A stretch of DNA of 64,000 bases from Lingula anatina (taxonomy: Eukaryota > Animalia > Brachiopoda). A program made the translations under genes and the position numbers. The notes below the pieces were generated by a model. That model was not told the DNA's origin and made no database searches. It saw nothing but the letters and a program-made list of their open reading frames with translations. Below, piece after piece: positions 41,290-55,286 of the stretch; position 1 is the first letter of the stretch, and the number at the start of each line of letters is the position of its first letter. The DNA is taken from positions 9,982,001 to 10,046,000 of the forward strand of contig CM120645.1 in NCBI GenBank assembly GCA_051362555.1, written 5' to 3'.

Positions 41290-41998
41290 CTGGAATGAAA
41301 AATATCACTTCTTTATTATGAGGCCCATAATTTAGTGTGAATAAATAGCTTGATGACATATAGTTTAATAGATAGGATAAGATAGAGAAGCATTACAGCA
41401 TTGGAAAAGGAGACATTTTCAGGTGTGCAAATTTTGTGAGCATAACGACTGATGGAACCTCTGACTACACCGAGGAAGTATAAGAATCGATGTCCATGGG
41501 GCTATGGAATGTCTTATGGTAATGGGTAAGTAATATTTTACTTTTCAAGTGTAAGGGAATGTTTGTTGTTTGGGAAAAAAAAACAGCTTGTATAGTCTGT
41601 AAGGATAAATGCCTGTTAACTTGGGAAAAGTACATAAAGTTAATATTTTGTATTGTTATATTATATAGGGTCACCTGAGTCAGCTACAGGACGTGACATA
41701 TGTTCATTGTTATTGCATTAACAGTTATGTTCAGACGTTAAAGTTTATTATAAGCAATATCACCAGCCCTCTCAGTGAATATATGGTAATTCTCTATCTT
41801 AAACAGAGGACTTATTAAACTCAATTCTGGAATCTTGGCTTTAAAAACTTTGATGAAGAAGAGGGAGAAATGGAAGAGGTAAATGTCCTTGTATTTTTTT
41901 TTTTTTTTGAAAAATCAGTAAAAAAAAAATTACAATAATGGCACAAATTAGTAAGATGTATATTAAAAACATTACAAAAATAGTGAATTGAACATATA

Positions 41999-44900
41999 AA
42001 CAAGGCAGCAAAGCTGTCAAATGTACAGACAAAAAAACAGAAAAAAAAGATGCAAAATAGGTCATTTTGATTCAATAATAAATGCTTATAATAGCAGTCA
42101 GTCAACACTGATTTTTAATCATGCACAACAGGTAACATGGTCAATAACAGGAGCAGATTCAGAGATATTTTCTGACAGTATTCCAAAGTATCTTTGTTGA
42201 TCCATCCTCCATTTTGATAGTCTTCCAACAGAAACCCATTAATATAAACTTTAAAATCTGGCTGTCTTCCAGGAGACCCAGAAGATGGTCTCAATCCACC
42301 CTTTCAATAAGATTACAATGTCAGGACCATGAGAGTTAAAATTCACATGATGAAAGTCCCTATATATGAAAAATGATGACAGTGCATAAAATAATATTAC
42401 AGCGTGTTTAAAGACATAAATACCAATACAGCTGCTTATGTGGAAATACTGAAAATGTGCAGAGCCTCAGGTGGATGGGAGCTAAAAATCACATCTTAAA
42501 AATGCCAGTGTTGGAGAAAAAATGAAATAGAAACAACAAAAATATAATTCCAATGAAGCTGTTATTCACTGCTTCCTTATTATGGACACTATGTTATCTA
42601 GCAGAGAGCTTAACAGGGAAATATCAACAAGTGTGCTTTATGAAATTTCAATTAATGGCTACTTAATTAGGTAAATGAGTTTATAGCACTGAAATTAGCC
42701 TTGTGAATACCAAAGGGGAATTAACAGACTGACCACACAAATTTGTCTATCAAAGGTCTTCAGGCCCATAAGTCACACCTTAAGAAAAGCAGAAAACAAT
42801 AATGCACAAAAACAGGAGACTGCCCAATTCTGATGCAATAATACATTATGTTTAACTGCACAGTCAACATAAAATTTTAATTATGTACAACAGGTAACGC
42901 TGATGAAAGTAAAAGCATAAGGCTCCAGGCCCATCAGAGTTCAAGTTTTCAATTAGAAAGTGCCAGAATGAGAAAAATGAAAATTTCACAAAAAATGCAT
43001 AAATTTAATAAAAATGATAACCCAATTGACCTGGCTTTCTAATTTTAACTGCATGCCAATCCTAAAAATCATACTTATAAGTTAAATATAATAATAAGTA
43101 ACACAGTTTTCTTTTCGTAATGTTTGCAGTAGCAGTGCAAAAAGATTATTGTCAATTTTGATGTAACATTACATAATAAATTATAGAATAATTATCACCA
43201 ATTTTTGATTATTGACTATAAATAGCATGGACATGTAGAAAATTTGATTACCATTAGGCTTCATGTCCATGGGAGCTCCGAGTCCCACAATGAATATGCC
43301 AAAAAGATAATGAATATTTCACTAAGTGTATAACTTCCAGAAAAAGAAGCCAATTAGACTGCTTTTCCAACTCGGGCTGCATTTTAGTCCTGTGTTTCTT
43401 TTTTGAAAGATTGACAGTAATAAGTAACACGGTTTTCCCATAATGGTCATCATGGCAGCAGCACCAAATATTGTGTTTTCTTCTATTTTGATGCAACATT
43501 ACATAATGATTAACAGCATAATGACCATCAATTTTTAATGATAAAATATACGTGTCATGGATTTTCAGAAAATGTGACCAGCAAGGGTCTTCAAGCCCAT
43601 GGAGGTTCTAAGTCGCACCTTGAAAATGTCAATAAGTGAAAAATTAAATTTTCACAAAAAACTGTTAAATTGCCAGAAAAATTTACCAAACAGACTGCAT
43701 TGCCTACTGAAGCTGTATTTTAGTCCCATGTTTCTTTCCTATAAGTTTGAGAACAGTAAGTGACATGATTTTCCTTAAATGGTCATCATGGGAGCAGTGC
43801 CCAAAATAGGGGTTTCTTCAAATTTTGATGCAACATTACATAATGTTTAACAGCATAATGACCATCAATTTTTAATTATAAAATATTAGTATCACGGATA
43901 TTCAGAAAATGTAACTAGCAAAAGTCTTCAGGCCCATGGAACTTCAAAGTCACATACTGAAAATGCCAAAATGTAAACAAGACAGCACTGTTCTGAAATG
44001 GGTTTATTTCCATTTTTAACACTTTTTTAACATAAAACAAAATAAACAGTTTACTGCCATTTTTATAAGACCAATGAAGAAAATTGATGAGATGGGAAAA
44101 GTATCAATAGAACAGTGTTAAATGTTCAACTTCCTCCATTCTGAGATTCTGAACATAGTGGATGAATGCATCTGACAAACTGCAATGATATGAGTTTATT
44201 TCCATTTTTGACACTTTATTACACAATACATGATAACAAGTTTACCATCACTTTTACAAAATCAACTAACAATGTTGTAAAGATGTAGGAAATGTCAAAC
44301 ACTTTTACGTATCTTATTAGTTCAATAATGAGACTGTTAACATGCCTTAGAATTGAATGTAAGGAAATGTGAAAAAACAGCATGACTTCTAAAATAATGA
44401 ACTGATTATGCTGATTTTCAAACTCAACCTGCGTTTTAGTAAGATTGGCCCCTCCTGTGAGTATAATGACAATTGGCCTAACTGTTTTTCTTATATTGTG
44501 TTATCAGTGTTGCATATATACTGAAAAAAGTGAAAAAACAGCATAAATTCCCTATAAGTGACCCGATCGTGCTGATTTTCGAACTTGACCTGCGTATTAT
44601 GAATATTTATCAGTTCTGTAAGTTTCAAGCCAAAAGGTAAAATGGTTTTCCAATTATCGTGTTATCGGTGCTGCATATATGCTGAAAAAAAGAGAAAAAA
44701 TAGCCTAAATTCACTAAAAATGACCCAATCACGCTGATTTTCGAACTTGACCTGCGTATTATGTATATTCATCAGTTCTGTAAGTTTCAAGCCAAAAGGT
44801 AAAATGGTTTTCCACTTATCGTGTTATCGGTGCTGCATATATGCTTAAAAAAGTGAAAAAACAGCATAAATTCCCTATAAGTGACCCGATCATGCTGATT

Positions 44901-45460
44901 TTCGAACTCGACCTGCGTATTATGAATATTCATCAGTTCTGTAAGTTTCAAACAAAAAGAAAAAACAGTTTTCCACTTATTGTGTTATCGGTAAAAGTGC
45001 ACGGCGACGGCGACGACGGCAACGACAGCGACGACAGACGCAGATGACGGCTATATGTACAGACACATCTGTGTCTGTACATAAAAACAGCATAACTTCC
45101 CTAAAAATGGCCTGATCATGCTGAATTTCGAACTTGACCTGCGTATTATGAATATTCATCAGTTTTATAAGTTTCAAGCCAAAAAGTAAAACGGTTTTCC
45201 ACTTATCGTGTTATCAGTGCTGCATATATGCTGAAAAAAGTGAAAAAACAGCATAACTTCCCTAAAAATGACCCGATCATGCTGATTTTCGAACTTGACC
45301 TGCGGATTATGAATATTCATCAGTTCTGTAAATTTGAATACAAAATGTAAAACGGTATTCCACTTATCGTGTTATCACTGAGTGCACGGCGACGGCGACG
45401 GCGACGACAAACGCAGGTGACGGCTATATGTACAGACACATCTGTGTCTGTACATAAAAA
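41999..45460 (+). mobile_element. Long HINE family A element with duplicated 3' end
   Basis: Same termini as other family A copies; microsatellite plus hairpin occurs twice (about 45001-45085 and 45385-45460). Confidence 0.85.
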
Positions 45461-45535
45461 GCAATGATGAATATTTCAGAACATGCCAGATACTTTTGGA
45501 GACAGTTATGACAGTGTCTACTATTCAGAAGATGA

Positions 45536-48500
45536 AACTAGAGGATCAGAGAGGCGATACCGCCTCCGAATATTGTACCACCAGCTGGAGCAAGCGCATT
45601 CGTATAGACCCCCACATACACAAAGTAAGGGACACAGCCACCAGTCTTGTGCTTGACAAGCTGTAAAAATGCAATCAACAAGAATTTTCAAAATATGCAA
45701 AAAATATATATAATTTAAAATGGTACAATCAAAGTTAATTCATCGTAAGGTAGGTCAAAGGTCAATTTCAAGGTCACAGTAAATTGCCAGTATATGACTT
45801 CCTTTTCAAGTTTAATAGTAACTATGGACCTATCTCTGCCAGTTTTGGAGATAAAAGGGAATCAAAATTTGCAAAGTTCAGTTCATGGTGAAAAGTAGGT
45901 CAAAGGTCAATTTCAAGGTCACAGTAAGATTGCCAGTATATGACTTCCTATTCAACTTCAATAGTAACTATGGACCTATCTCTGCCAGTTTTGGAGATAA
46001 AATAGAAGCAAAATTTACAAAGTTCAGTTCATGGTGAAAAGTAGGTCAAAGGTCAATTTCAAGGTCACAGTAAGATTGCCAGTATATGACTTCCTATTCA
46101 ACTTCAATAGTAACTATGGACCTATCTCTGCCAGTTTTGGAGATATAAGGGACTAAATGTTATAATTTTGGAGTTACCATAATGTGCCATAAATTTCCTA
46201 CAGAAAAAATTAATTAAAATAAAGAAAAGGTAATTTTGGTCAAAATTCTTGAAATGGGAAGTGTCTTGAAGTTCGAGATGTTCAAATTTGATGATATAAT
46301 GTCATTTTTGACCATGAGTTGTCTGCTTTGCCAAGCCTTATGTTTTATTTTTCTGGAGTTCAAAATTTATTATCCATTACTGTACTGCGCATTTTGCTTT
46401 CACCACCAATATATACTTTTTGATACAGCGTAACTTTGGAGATAGAAGGGAAGCAAAATTTGCAAGTTCAGTTCATGGTGGAAAGTAGGTCAAAGGTCAA
46501 TTTTAAGGTCACATTTAGATTGCCAGTATATGACTTCCTATTCAACTTCAATAGTAACTATGGACCTATCTCTGCCAGTTTTGGAGATAAAAGGGAAGCA
46601 AAATTTACAAAGTTCAGTTTATGGTGAAAAGTAGGTCAAAGGTCAATTTTAAGGACACAGTAAGATTGCCAGTATATGACTTCCTATTCAACTTCAATAG
46701 TAACTATGGACATATCTCTGCCAGTTTTGGAGATAAAAGGGAAGCAAAATTTGCAAAGTTCAGTTCATAGTGAAAAGTAGGTCAAAGATCAATTTAAAGA
46801 TCACAGTAAGATTGCCAGTATATGACTTCCTATTCAACTTCAATAGTAACTATGGACCTATCTCTGCCAGTTTTGGAGATATAAGGGACTAAATGTTATA
46901 ATTTTGGAGTTACCATAATGTGCCATAAATTTCCTACAGAAAAAAATAATTAAAATAAAGAAAAGGTCATTTTGGTCAAAATTCTTGAAATGGGAGGTGC
47001 TCTGAAGTTCGAGTTGTTCAAATTTGATGAAATAATGTTATTTTTTTTTTACCATGAGTTGTCTGCTTCGCCAAGCCTTATGTTTTATTTTTCTGGAGTT
47101 CAAAATTTATTATCCATTACCGTACTGCACATTTTGCTTTCACCACCAATATGTACTTTTTGATACAGCGTAACTTTGGAGATAAAAGGGAAGCAAAATT
47201 TGCAAAGTTCAGTTCATGGTGAAAAGTAGGTAAAAGGTCAATTTTAAGGTCACATTTAGATTGCCAGTATATGACTTCCTATTCAAGTTCTATAGTAATT
47301 ATGGACCTATCTCAGCCAGTGCTGGAGAAAAAAAGGGAAGCAAAATTTGCAAAGATCAGTTCATGGTGAAAAGTAGGTCAAAGGTCAATTTCAAGGTCAC
47401 AGTAAGATTGCCAGTATATGACTTCCTATTCAACTTCAATGGTAACTATCAACATATCTCTGCCAGTTTTGGAGATAAAAGGGAATCAAAATTTGCAAAG
47501 TTCAGTTCATGGTGAAAAGTAGGTCAAAGGTCAATTTCAAGGTCACAGTAAGATTGCCAGTATATGACTTCCTATTCAAGTTCAATAGTAACCATGGACA
47601 TATCTCTGCCAGGTTTGGAGATAAAAGGGAAGCAAAATTTGCAAAGTTCAGTTCATGGTAAAAAGTAGGTCAAAGGTCAATTTCAAGGTCACAGTAAGAT
47701 TGCCAGTATATGACTTCCTATTCAAGTTCAATAGTAACTATGGACCTATCTCTGCCAGTTTTGGAGATAAAAGGGAAGCAAAATTTGCAAAGTTCAGTTC
47801 ATGGTGAATAGTAGGTCAAAGGTCAATTTCAAGGTCACATTTAGATTGCCAGTATATGACTTCCTATTCAAGTTCAATAGTAACTATGGACCTATCTCTG
47901 CCAGTTTTGGAGATAAAAGGGAAGCAAAATTTGCAAAGTTCAGTTCATGGTGAAAAGTAGGTCAAAGGTCAATTTTAAGGACACATTTAGATTGCCAGTA
48001 TATGACTTCCTATTCAAGTTCAATAGTAACTATGGACATATCTCTGCCAGTTTTGTAGATAAAAGGGAAGCAAAATTTGCAAAGTTCAGTTCATAGTGAA
48101 AAGTAGGTCAAAGGTCAATTTCAAGGTCACAGTAAGATTGCCAGTATATGACTTCCTATTCAACTTCAATAGTAACTATGGACCTATCTCTGCCAGTTTT
48201 GGAGATATAAGGGACTAAATGTTATAATTTTGGAGTTACCATAATGTGCCATAAATTTCCTACAGAAAAAAATTAATTAAAATAAAGAAAAGGTAATTTT
48301 GGTCAAAATTCTTGAAATGGGAGGTGCTCTGAAGTTCCAGAAGTTCAAATTTGATGAAATAATGTTATTTTTGACCATGAGTTGTCTGCTTTGCCAAGCC
48401 TTATATATATTTTTTTCTGGAGTTCAAAATTTATTATCCATTACCGTACTGCACATTTTGCTTTCACCACCAATATGTACTTTTTGATACAGCGTAACTC

Positions 48501-49209
48501 GAAAACCGTATGGAATACAAAAAAACGGAGACCACCTCCAGTGTTGGGCTTTACATGCTCTACAAAATGCAAAAAAGAATGGGACTCTAGCATTAACGGT
48601 TCCCGAATTAGAGACAGTTTTCAGTTTCAATATCTTATGGCCGCTACTCCCGTGAAAATGCACCGATTGACCCCAAATTCACGGAGATGAAAGATGACCT
48701 GAAGGGTAACAACTTCCAATAATATTTTTGGTTAAGTCTGTGTGGTGTCTGAATAACAGGGCAAATAATTTTTTTTTCGTAAAAAAATTAATTTTTTTGA
48801 AAATTTTGGCCCGTTTGACCTTGAAATAAAGGTCAAAGGTCAAATCCAAGGGCATATTTGAAATCTACACATATGACTTTTGGAAAGCCGTCTGTAGAAA
48901 TTTTTCCCATAATTCCTTCCGTAGGGTAGATAATTAGCATTTAATTTTGCCATTTTTAGACAAGGGTGCATTGCAATGAGTGCCACACCTAGACCCCAAT
49001 ACCGACAAAGCCCAAATTTTACGTGGAACGAGTTGAGATTATAGGTGACCTAAATCCAAGAGATGGGTACGGGGGCCCTTACTGTCTAGGAGGAGAAGCG
49101 GTAACGGTAGCCGTCCGGCGGAGCCGGCGGAACCGGCGGAGCCGGCGGAACGATCCGGACGGGACCGAAACCATGTGTACCGCCAGCGCTAACGCTGGTG
49201 GTACAATAA
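45536..49209 (+). mobile_element. HINE family B element carrying 146-bp satellite monomers and about 300-bp spacers
   Basis: 5' end AACTAGAGGATCAGAGAGGCGATACCGCC; 3' end (GCCGGCGGA)n then the hairpin TGTACCGCCAGCG-CTAA-CGCTGGTGGTACA; TACCGCC is shared by both ends. Confidence 0.8.
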
Positions 49210-49819
49210 CTGAAACTAAAAGTTAATAAAAATCTGGCAATATATGCTGCAAAATCCCATGGACTTGAATAAAAGCCTTTTGATCAACCTGTCTGACTTT
49301 GTTATTCACCTGATAAGGGTTTTAACTACTTTGATAGCACAACTTCTTAAAACATCTATATATACTGTTTAAATGAATTATTTATATTTGGGCTAGTGTT
49401 TTTTTAGACCCTGCTGCTAGTAGTCTAAAAAGCTTTTGGCACTGACTGGGTAAATGGGGAGAACATAGGCCTTGATGGGATTTCAAAATAGTCATTTTTT
49501 GTTTTGTTCTTTCTATTTCAGGACCCAGGCACAAAAAAAAAAAAAAAAAAATCAATCCCCCCATCACCAATAGTCTAACAGCTTAGACGGTAGGGTCTGC
49601 TGTGAAGTGGTGCCCCAAGCAGGAAAAGTTGTCACTAAAAAGCAACATCTGGCACACCAAAAATAATACCAGTTTCAACAGGTTACTAGCTATTAGCACC
49701 CAGCTTCTTGGGTTTGCTGACCCGTTGTGAATGTTCCCACTATTTTGGACTCTGCACACCCCACTAGAAGGCTTGAAAAAGAAAACAAGGCAGCAAAGCT
49801 GTCAAATGTACAGACAAAA

Positions 49820-52800
49820 CAGCCATTCCACGAGAAAGGGTACAATTCTGAATAATACCTGTCGCAGCTTATTTTCGGTAGTAAAAGCATCTGCAATTTA
49901 GCTTTTTTTAGCCTTTTTTAGCAGGACCCGATGTGTTCTACTTAAAAAAACAACAATTAATATAGTACCACTTGCTTTTTGACGGGAACCCCGGGGGTCT
50001 ATATGCCGCAAAAAGCACGATTTCGACGTGTCGCTTCGGTATTATAGCTGATTTGCCACAAGAAAAAGTTTATATTTTCCCGTATTTTAGTGTTTTTAGT
50101 CCTCAACTAATTTGAATTCATGTTTCTTTTTATCATACATGGTGTTCTCTGTCGAATTTGTTGGTTAGTTACGTCACTGTCATAGTTTAATCAATGTCGC
50201 TCAGTAACCCCTAACCTCCGTAACGCTTTTTTAAGTCAGTGTAATAATAAAAGAAAATACTCTTAAATGGCCTTCCTGTGCATTTTTCAATTTCTTAATA
50301 CATGAAGTTTAATAAAACAGTGCTATTTGTTAATTTTGAATGATGCGTTCCATCATAGAGAATGTTAACTCACAAAAGTCGGGGTGTCGCATTTAAGAGC
50401 CTAACCTCAGTAACGGACCAAATTTGAAGAAAATGTTGCTTTAGAAAGTTAAAAACATCATTTTTGTTAAGCAAGGACCAACTTCTTCCTAATAAATTCA
50501 TTCAATAGTTATGCAAAGTTATCCCGAGGATAAAAACTGAAAAAGAGTGCGTGTCACCTTACATCCGTTATACTAACCTCCGTTACGAAATAAGTTAATT
50601 GTTATAAAAATGACTAACATACTTTAAAACGTTATTTCTGTGGTTTTGTGAGTAAGTTCTGATCATAGAAGTAGTTCTACTTCTATGTTCTGATGTAGTA
50701 TGCATTCATACGGCTTGCTGTTAAAGACATCATCCCGTATTAATATAGATATAAAATATACATATATAGCTGATAATTCTATCAAGATAAGCTAACCATT
50801 TAAGTTTTTACTCGAGTTTGCTATAAAATCGAGGGTAAATCGTGATTTGTTTTTTCAAATTGATTTCCATTTGTCACTTGACGATGCCTTTTTGAATTTA
50901 TCATTCTGATTTTAAGCGAAATGAGGAGTTTTCAGGACTGTCTTGGCAAACAAGGCAGCAAAGCTGTCAAATGTACAGACAAAGAACAGAAAATAAAGAT
51001 GCAAATAAGTGAAAAATTAAATTTTCACAAAAAACTGTTAAATTGCCAGAAAAATTTACCAAACAAACTGCGTTGCCTATTGAAGCTGTATGTTAGACCC
51101 ATGTTTCTTTCCTGTAAGTTTGAGAACAGTAAGTGACATGATTTCCCTTAAATGGTCATCATAGGAGCAGTGCCCAAAATAGGGGTTTCTTCAAATTTTG
51201 ATGCAACATTACATAATGTTTAACAGCATAATGACAATCAAATGTTATTAATAAAATATTAGTAACATGGAGATTCAGAAAATGTGACAAGCAAAAGTCT
51301 TCAAGATCATGGAACTTTAAAGTCACACCTTGAAAATGCCAATATGTGAAAAATTAAATTTTCACATATTTAACTGCCAAAAAAAAAATAATAATAATAA
51401 ATGAATAAAAATACCAAACAGACTGCATTGCCTACTGAAGCTGTATTTTAGTCCCATGTTTCTTTCCTGTAAGTTTGAGAACAGTAAGTGACATGATTTT
51501 CCTTAAATGGTCATCATGGAAGCAGTGCCCAAAATAGGGGTTTCTTCAAATTTTGATGCAATATTACATAATGTTTAACAGCTTAATGACCATCAATTTT
51601 TAATTATAAAATATTTGTTTCACAGATATTCAGAAAATGTGACTAGCAAAGGTCTTCAGGCCCATGGAACTTCAAAGTCACGCCTTGATAATGCCAAAAT
51701 GTAAACAAGACAGCACTGTTCTGAAATGGGTTTATTTCCATTTTTAACATTTTTGAACATAAAACAAAATAAACATTTTATATGACCAACTAAGAAAATT
51801 GATGAGATGGGAAAAGTATCAATAGAACAGTGTTAAATGTCCAATTTCCTCCATTCTGAGATTCTGAACATAGTGGATGATTGAATCTGACAAACTGCAA
51901 TGATATGAGTTTATTTCCATTTTTGACACTTTATTACACAATACATGATAACAAGTTTACCATGTTTTTTACATAATCAACTAACAATGTTGTAAAGATG
52001 CAGGAAATATCAAACAAACACTTTTAGGCATCTTATTAGTTAAATAATGAGACTGTTAACATGCCTAATAATTGAATCTGAGGAAATGTGAAAAACAGTA
52101 TAACTTCTAAAATAATGGCCCGATTATGCTGATTTTCGAACTCAACCTGCGTTTTAGTAAGATTGACCACTCCTGTGAGTATAATTACAATTGGCCAATC
52201 CGTTTTTCTTATATTGTGTTATCAGTGTTGTATTTATATTGAAAATAGTGAAAAAACAGCATAAATTCCCTAAAAATGGCCCAATCATGCTGATTTTCGA
52301 ACTTGACCTGCGTATTATGAATATTCATCTGTTCTGTAAGTTTCAAGTCAAAAGGTAAAATGGTTTTCCACTTATTGTGTTATCGGATCTGCATATATGC
52401 TGAAAAAAGTGAAAAAACAGCATAAATTCCCTAAAAGTGACCCGATCATGCTGATTTTCGAACTTGACCTGCGTATTATGAATATTCATCAGTTCTGTAA
52501 GTTTCAAGTCAAAAGGTAAAATGGTTTTCCACTTATCGTGTTATCGGTGCTGCATATATGCTGAAAAAAGTGAAAAAACAGCATAAATTCCCTAAAAGTG
52601 ACCCGATCATGCTGATTTTCGAACTTGACCTGCGTATTATGAATATTCATCAGTTCTGCAAGTTTCAAGTCAAAAGGTAAAATGGTTTTCCACTTATCGT
52701 GTTATCGGTAAAAGTGCACGGCGACGACGGCGACGACAGACGCAGATGATGGCTATATGTACATAAAAAAATGGTACTAGCTGACATCAGTACTAGCGTA

Positions 52801-54118
52801 CATGTAGCAGACATTATTTTTGCGGGAGACATATGGCGAAATATATTAAGCATTGAAGCAACGCTTGTATTTATCAGGTAGAACTGCGGGGTTATTAGGC
52901 CCTGTTTTACTGTTTTAGTAGCACATAATAGTTTTTAACATCTTCTAGATGCTTCCAGTAACTTTAAATGGACAATTATCCGCAAACACGTGTCTATTGT
53001 CGGCCTGTATACTTGATTGTATACATTAACTTTCTCGGGTATTGTGTTGTTTTTTATTGCCTATAGCTGCGATCATGTACAAGTAGGTTTAATGTTTTGT
53101 TATACAGACACCAATATGCCACTTACAAATACAGAGCTACAAAAACACTACAGAGAAAGAAAAAAAAATCTAATGACCGCGAAGCTTTTCTTGTGAAAGA
53201 TTTTGAACTGTTTAAAGGCATGACATAATTTAGACTATAGAGTTTTACCTAACCTCTGTTACTAAGATTATAAATTAAACTCTTAATCTGGTAAAATATG
53301 GAATGTGAATTCTACAGATACATCGATCAACATATTTGCGGTGAAATGTATCCAGTAGCGGTACATGTATTCATGTAGTCCTTGAAAGAAAGCAAAACAA
53401 CCCGTTGTAACAATTTGCCATTTATTGGTTTGAATAAACATGTTTTATCAATTTTTCTGTTATTATGTAACGTTTGTCGTATCTGTAATACTACAAATTC
53501 CGAATTCAGCCTCTAAAGCTAAGAAATATCAAAACAAATATGATCGCTATTAATGACCTAACCTCCGTTACGAAATTACTCATTTTTCATTTGAACATTG
53601 GATATGTGTGTGCTCATTGATCAATGCTCATATCATAATGGATTGATAGCACTTTGTTCATAAACAAATAGTATGATAAAAAAGCAAGTCTGTCCCCAAT
53701 GATTAATAAAATATTCAAATTACAATATCTCAGGCTTTGTATTTATAGAAAACGAACCACTTATTACCAATGTGTTTGCACTGCATTTTCTATAATTGAA
53801 GAGAAATCTTAAATGGGCAATAAAATTTTGAATACATACAAAATCTTAATAATTGAATCAAATATGGAGCCTGTGACCTTTGGCATGATTGAAATATAAC
53901 CTAATTTAGATGTTACCTAACCTCTATAACGAAAAAAATACTGTACCATGTTTACACGTGCATATTTCTTTAAATACAGTAATGGTGTGGGTTAAAATTC
54001 TTCTACTACTCTCTGAATACCTCTTCATCAAAATAATATAAAAAGTTTTCCAGTTTTGCAAAGTTCATATCACTGCATTTCTTGTTTTGGAATTGTACCC
54101 CTTTTCGTGGAATGGCCG
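49820..54118. mobile_element. Non-autonomous TIR DNA transposon (possibly Sola-like), itself interrupted by a HINE-A copy
   Basis: TIR C(A/G)GCCATTCCACGA.AA.GGGTACAATTC at both ends, AAAA on both flanks, six dispersed CTAACCTC.GT.AC-like motifs inside. Confidence 0.75.
50949..52770 (+). mobile_element. HINE family A element (young subfamily, near-identical to 15291-17163), 3' hairpin collapsed
   Basis: Matches the reverse complement of 15291-17163; ends GGCTATATGTACATAAAA, a deletion between the two TGTACA of the hairpin. Confidence 0.85.
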
Positions 54119-54945
54119 AAAAAAAAAAATTAAATTAAATTTAAAAAAAAATAAATAAATAAATAAAGATGCAAAATAGGTCATTTTGTCAATTTTGATG
54201 CAATAATAAATAATGCTTATAATAGCACTGTCAGTCAACACTGAATAATACCAATCATGCACAACAGGTAACATGGTCAATAACAGGAGCGGACTCAGAG
54301 ATATTTTCTGACAGTATTCCAAAGTATCTATGTTGATCCATCCTCCATTTTGATGGTCTTCCAACAGAAAAAAAAATAGATACCGGTCAATACAAGGCAG
54401 CAAAGCTGTCAAATGTACAGACAAAAAACAGAAAATAAAGATGCAAAAAAGGTCATTCAATTTTGATGCAATAATAAATAATGCTTATAATAGCACTGTC
54501 AGTCAACACTGAATTTTAATCTTGCACAACGGGTAACATGGTCAATAACAGGAGCAGACCCAGAGGTATTTTCTGACAGTATTACAAAGTATCTATGTTG
54601 ATCCATCCTCCATTTTGATGGTCTTCCAACAGAAAAAAATAGATACCAGTCAATATAAACTTAATAACCTGACTGTCTTCCGGAAGACCCAGAAGATGGT
54701 CTCAATCCACCCCTTCAATAAGATTACAGTTTCAGGACCATGAGAGTTCAAATTCACATTATGAAAGTCTCAATATTTGAAAAATGATGACAGTGCATAA
54801 AATAATATTACATAATGTTTAAAGACATAAAAAACAATACAACTGCTTATGTAGAAATACAGAAAATCTGACGAGCCCCAGGCAGATGAGAGTTAAAAGT
54901 CACAAATGCAAGTGTTTGAGAAAAAATTATAAAGGAAAACAACAA

Positions 54946-55182
54946 AACTAGAAAAGCACTTTGAGAGTGCAGACCTCTGCCAAAGCAGCAATTGTTGATT
55001 ATTATTGATAATTGATTGATTATTGATCCGAGAGTGCAACCAAAAATTAATCATTGTCCTCTTTGGCCCACTTCCGACAGTTCCTGAAAATTTCTGCAAA
55101 ATTGGTCCATAACTTTTTGTGTTATGTGGATGACAGACAAACAGGGGTGAAAATATAACCCCCTTGGCAGAGCTTGAGGTAA
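54946..55182 (+). mobile_element. Short HINE family C element inserted in HINE-A
   Basis: AACTAGAAAAGCACT..GCAGACCTCTGCCAA start, ACAGACAAAC and AACC.CCTTGGCAGAG..GGTAA end; the homologous site at about 42535 is empty. Confidence 0.8.
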
Positions 55183-55228
55183 ATATAATTCCAATGAAGA
55201 TGCTATTCAAACATTTAATCTTCCAGTT

Positions 55229-55286
<58 letters not shown>

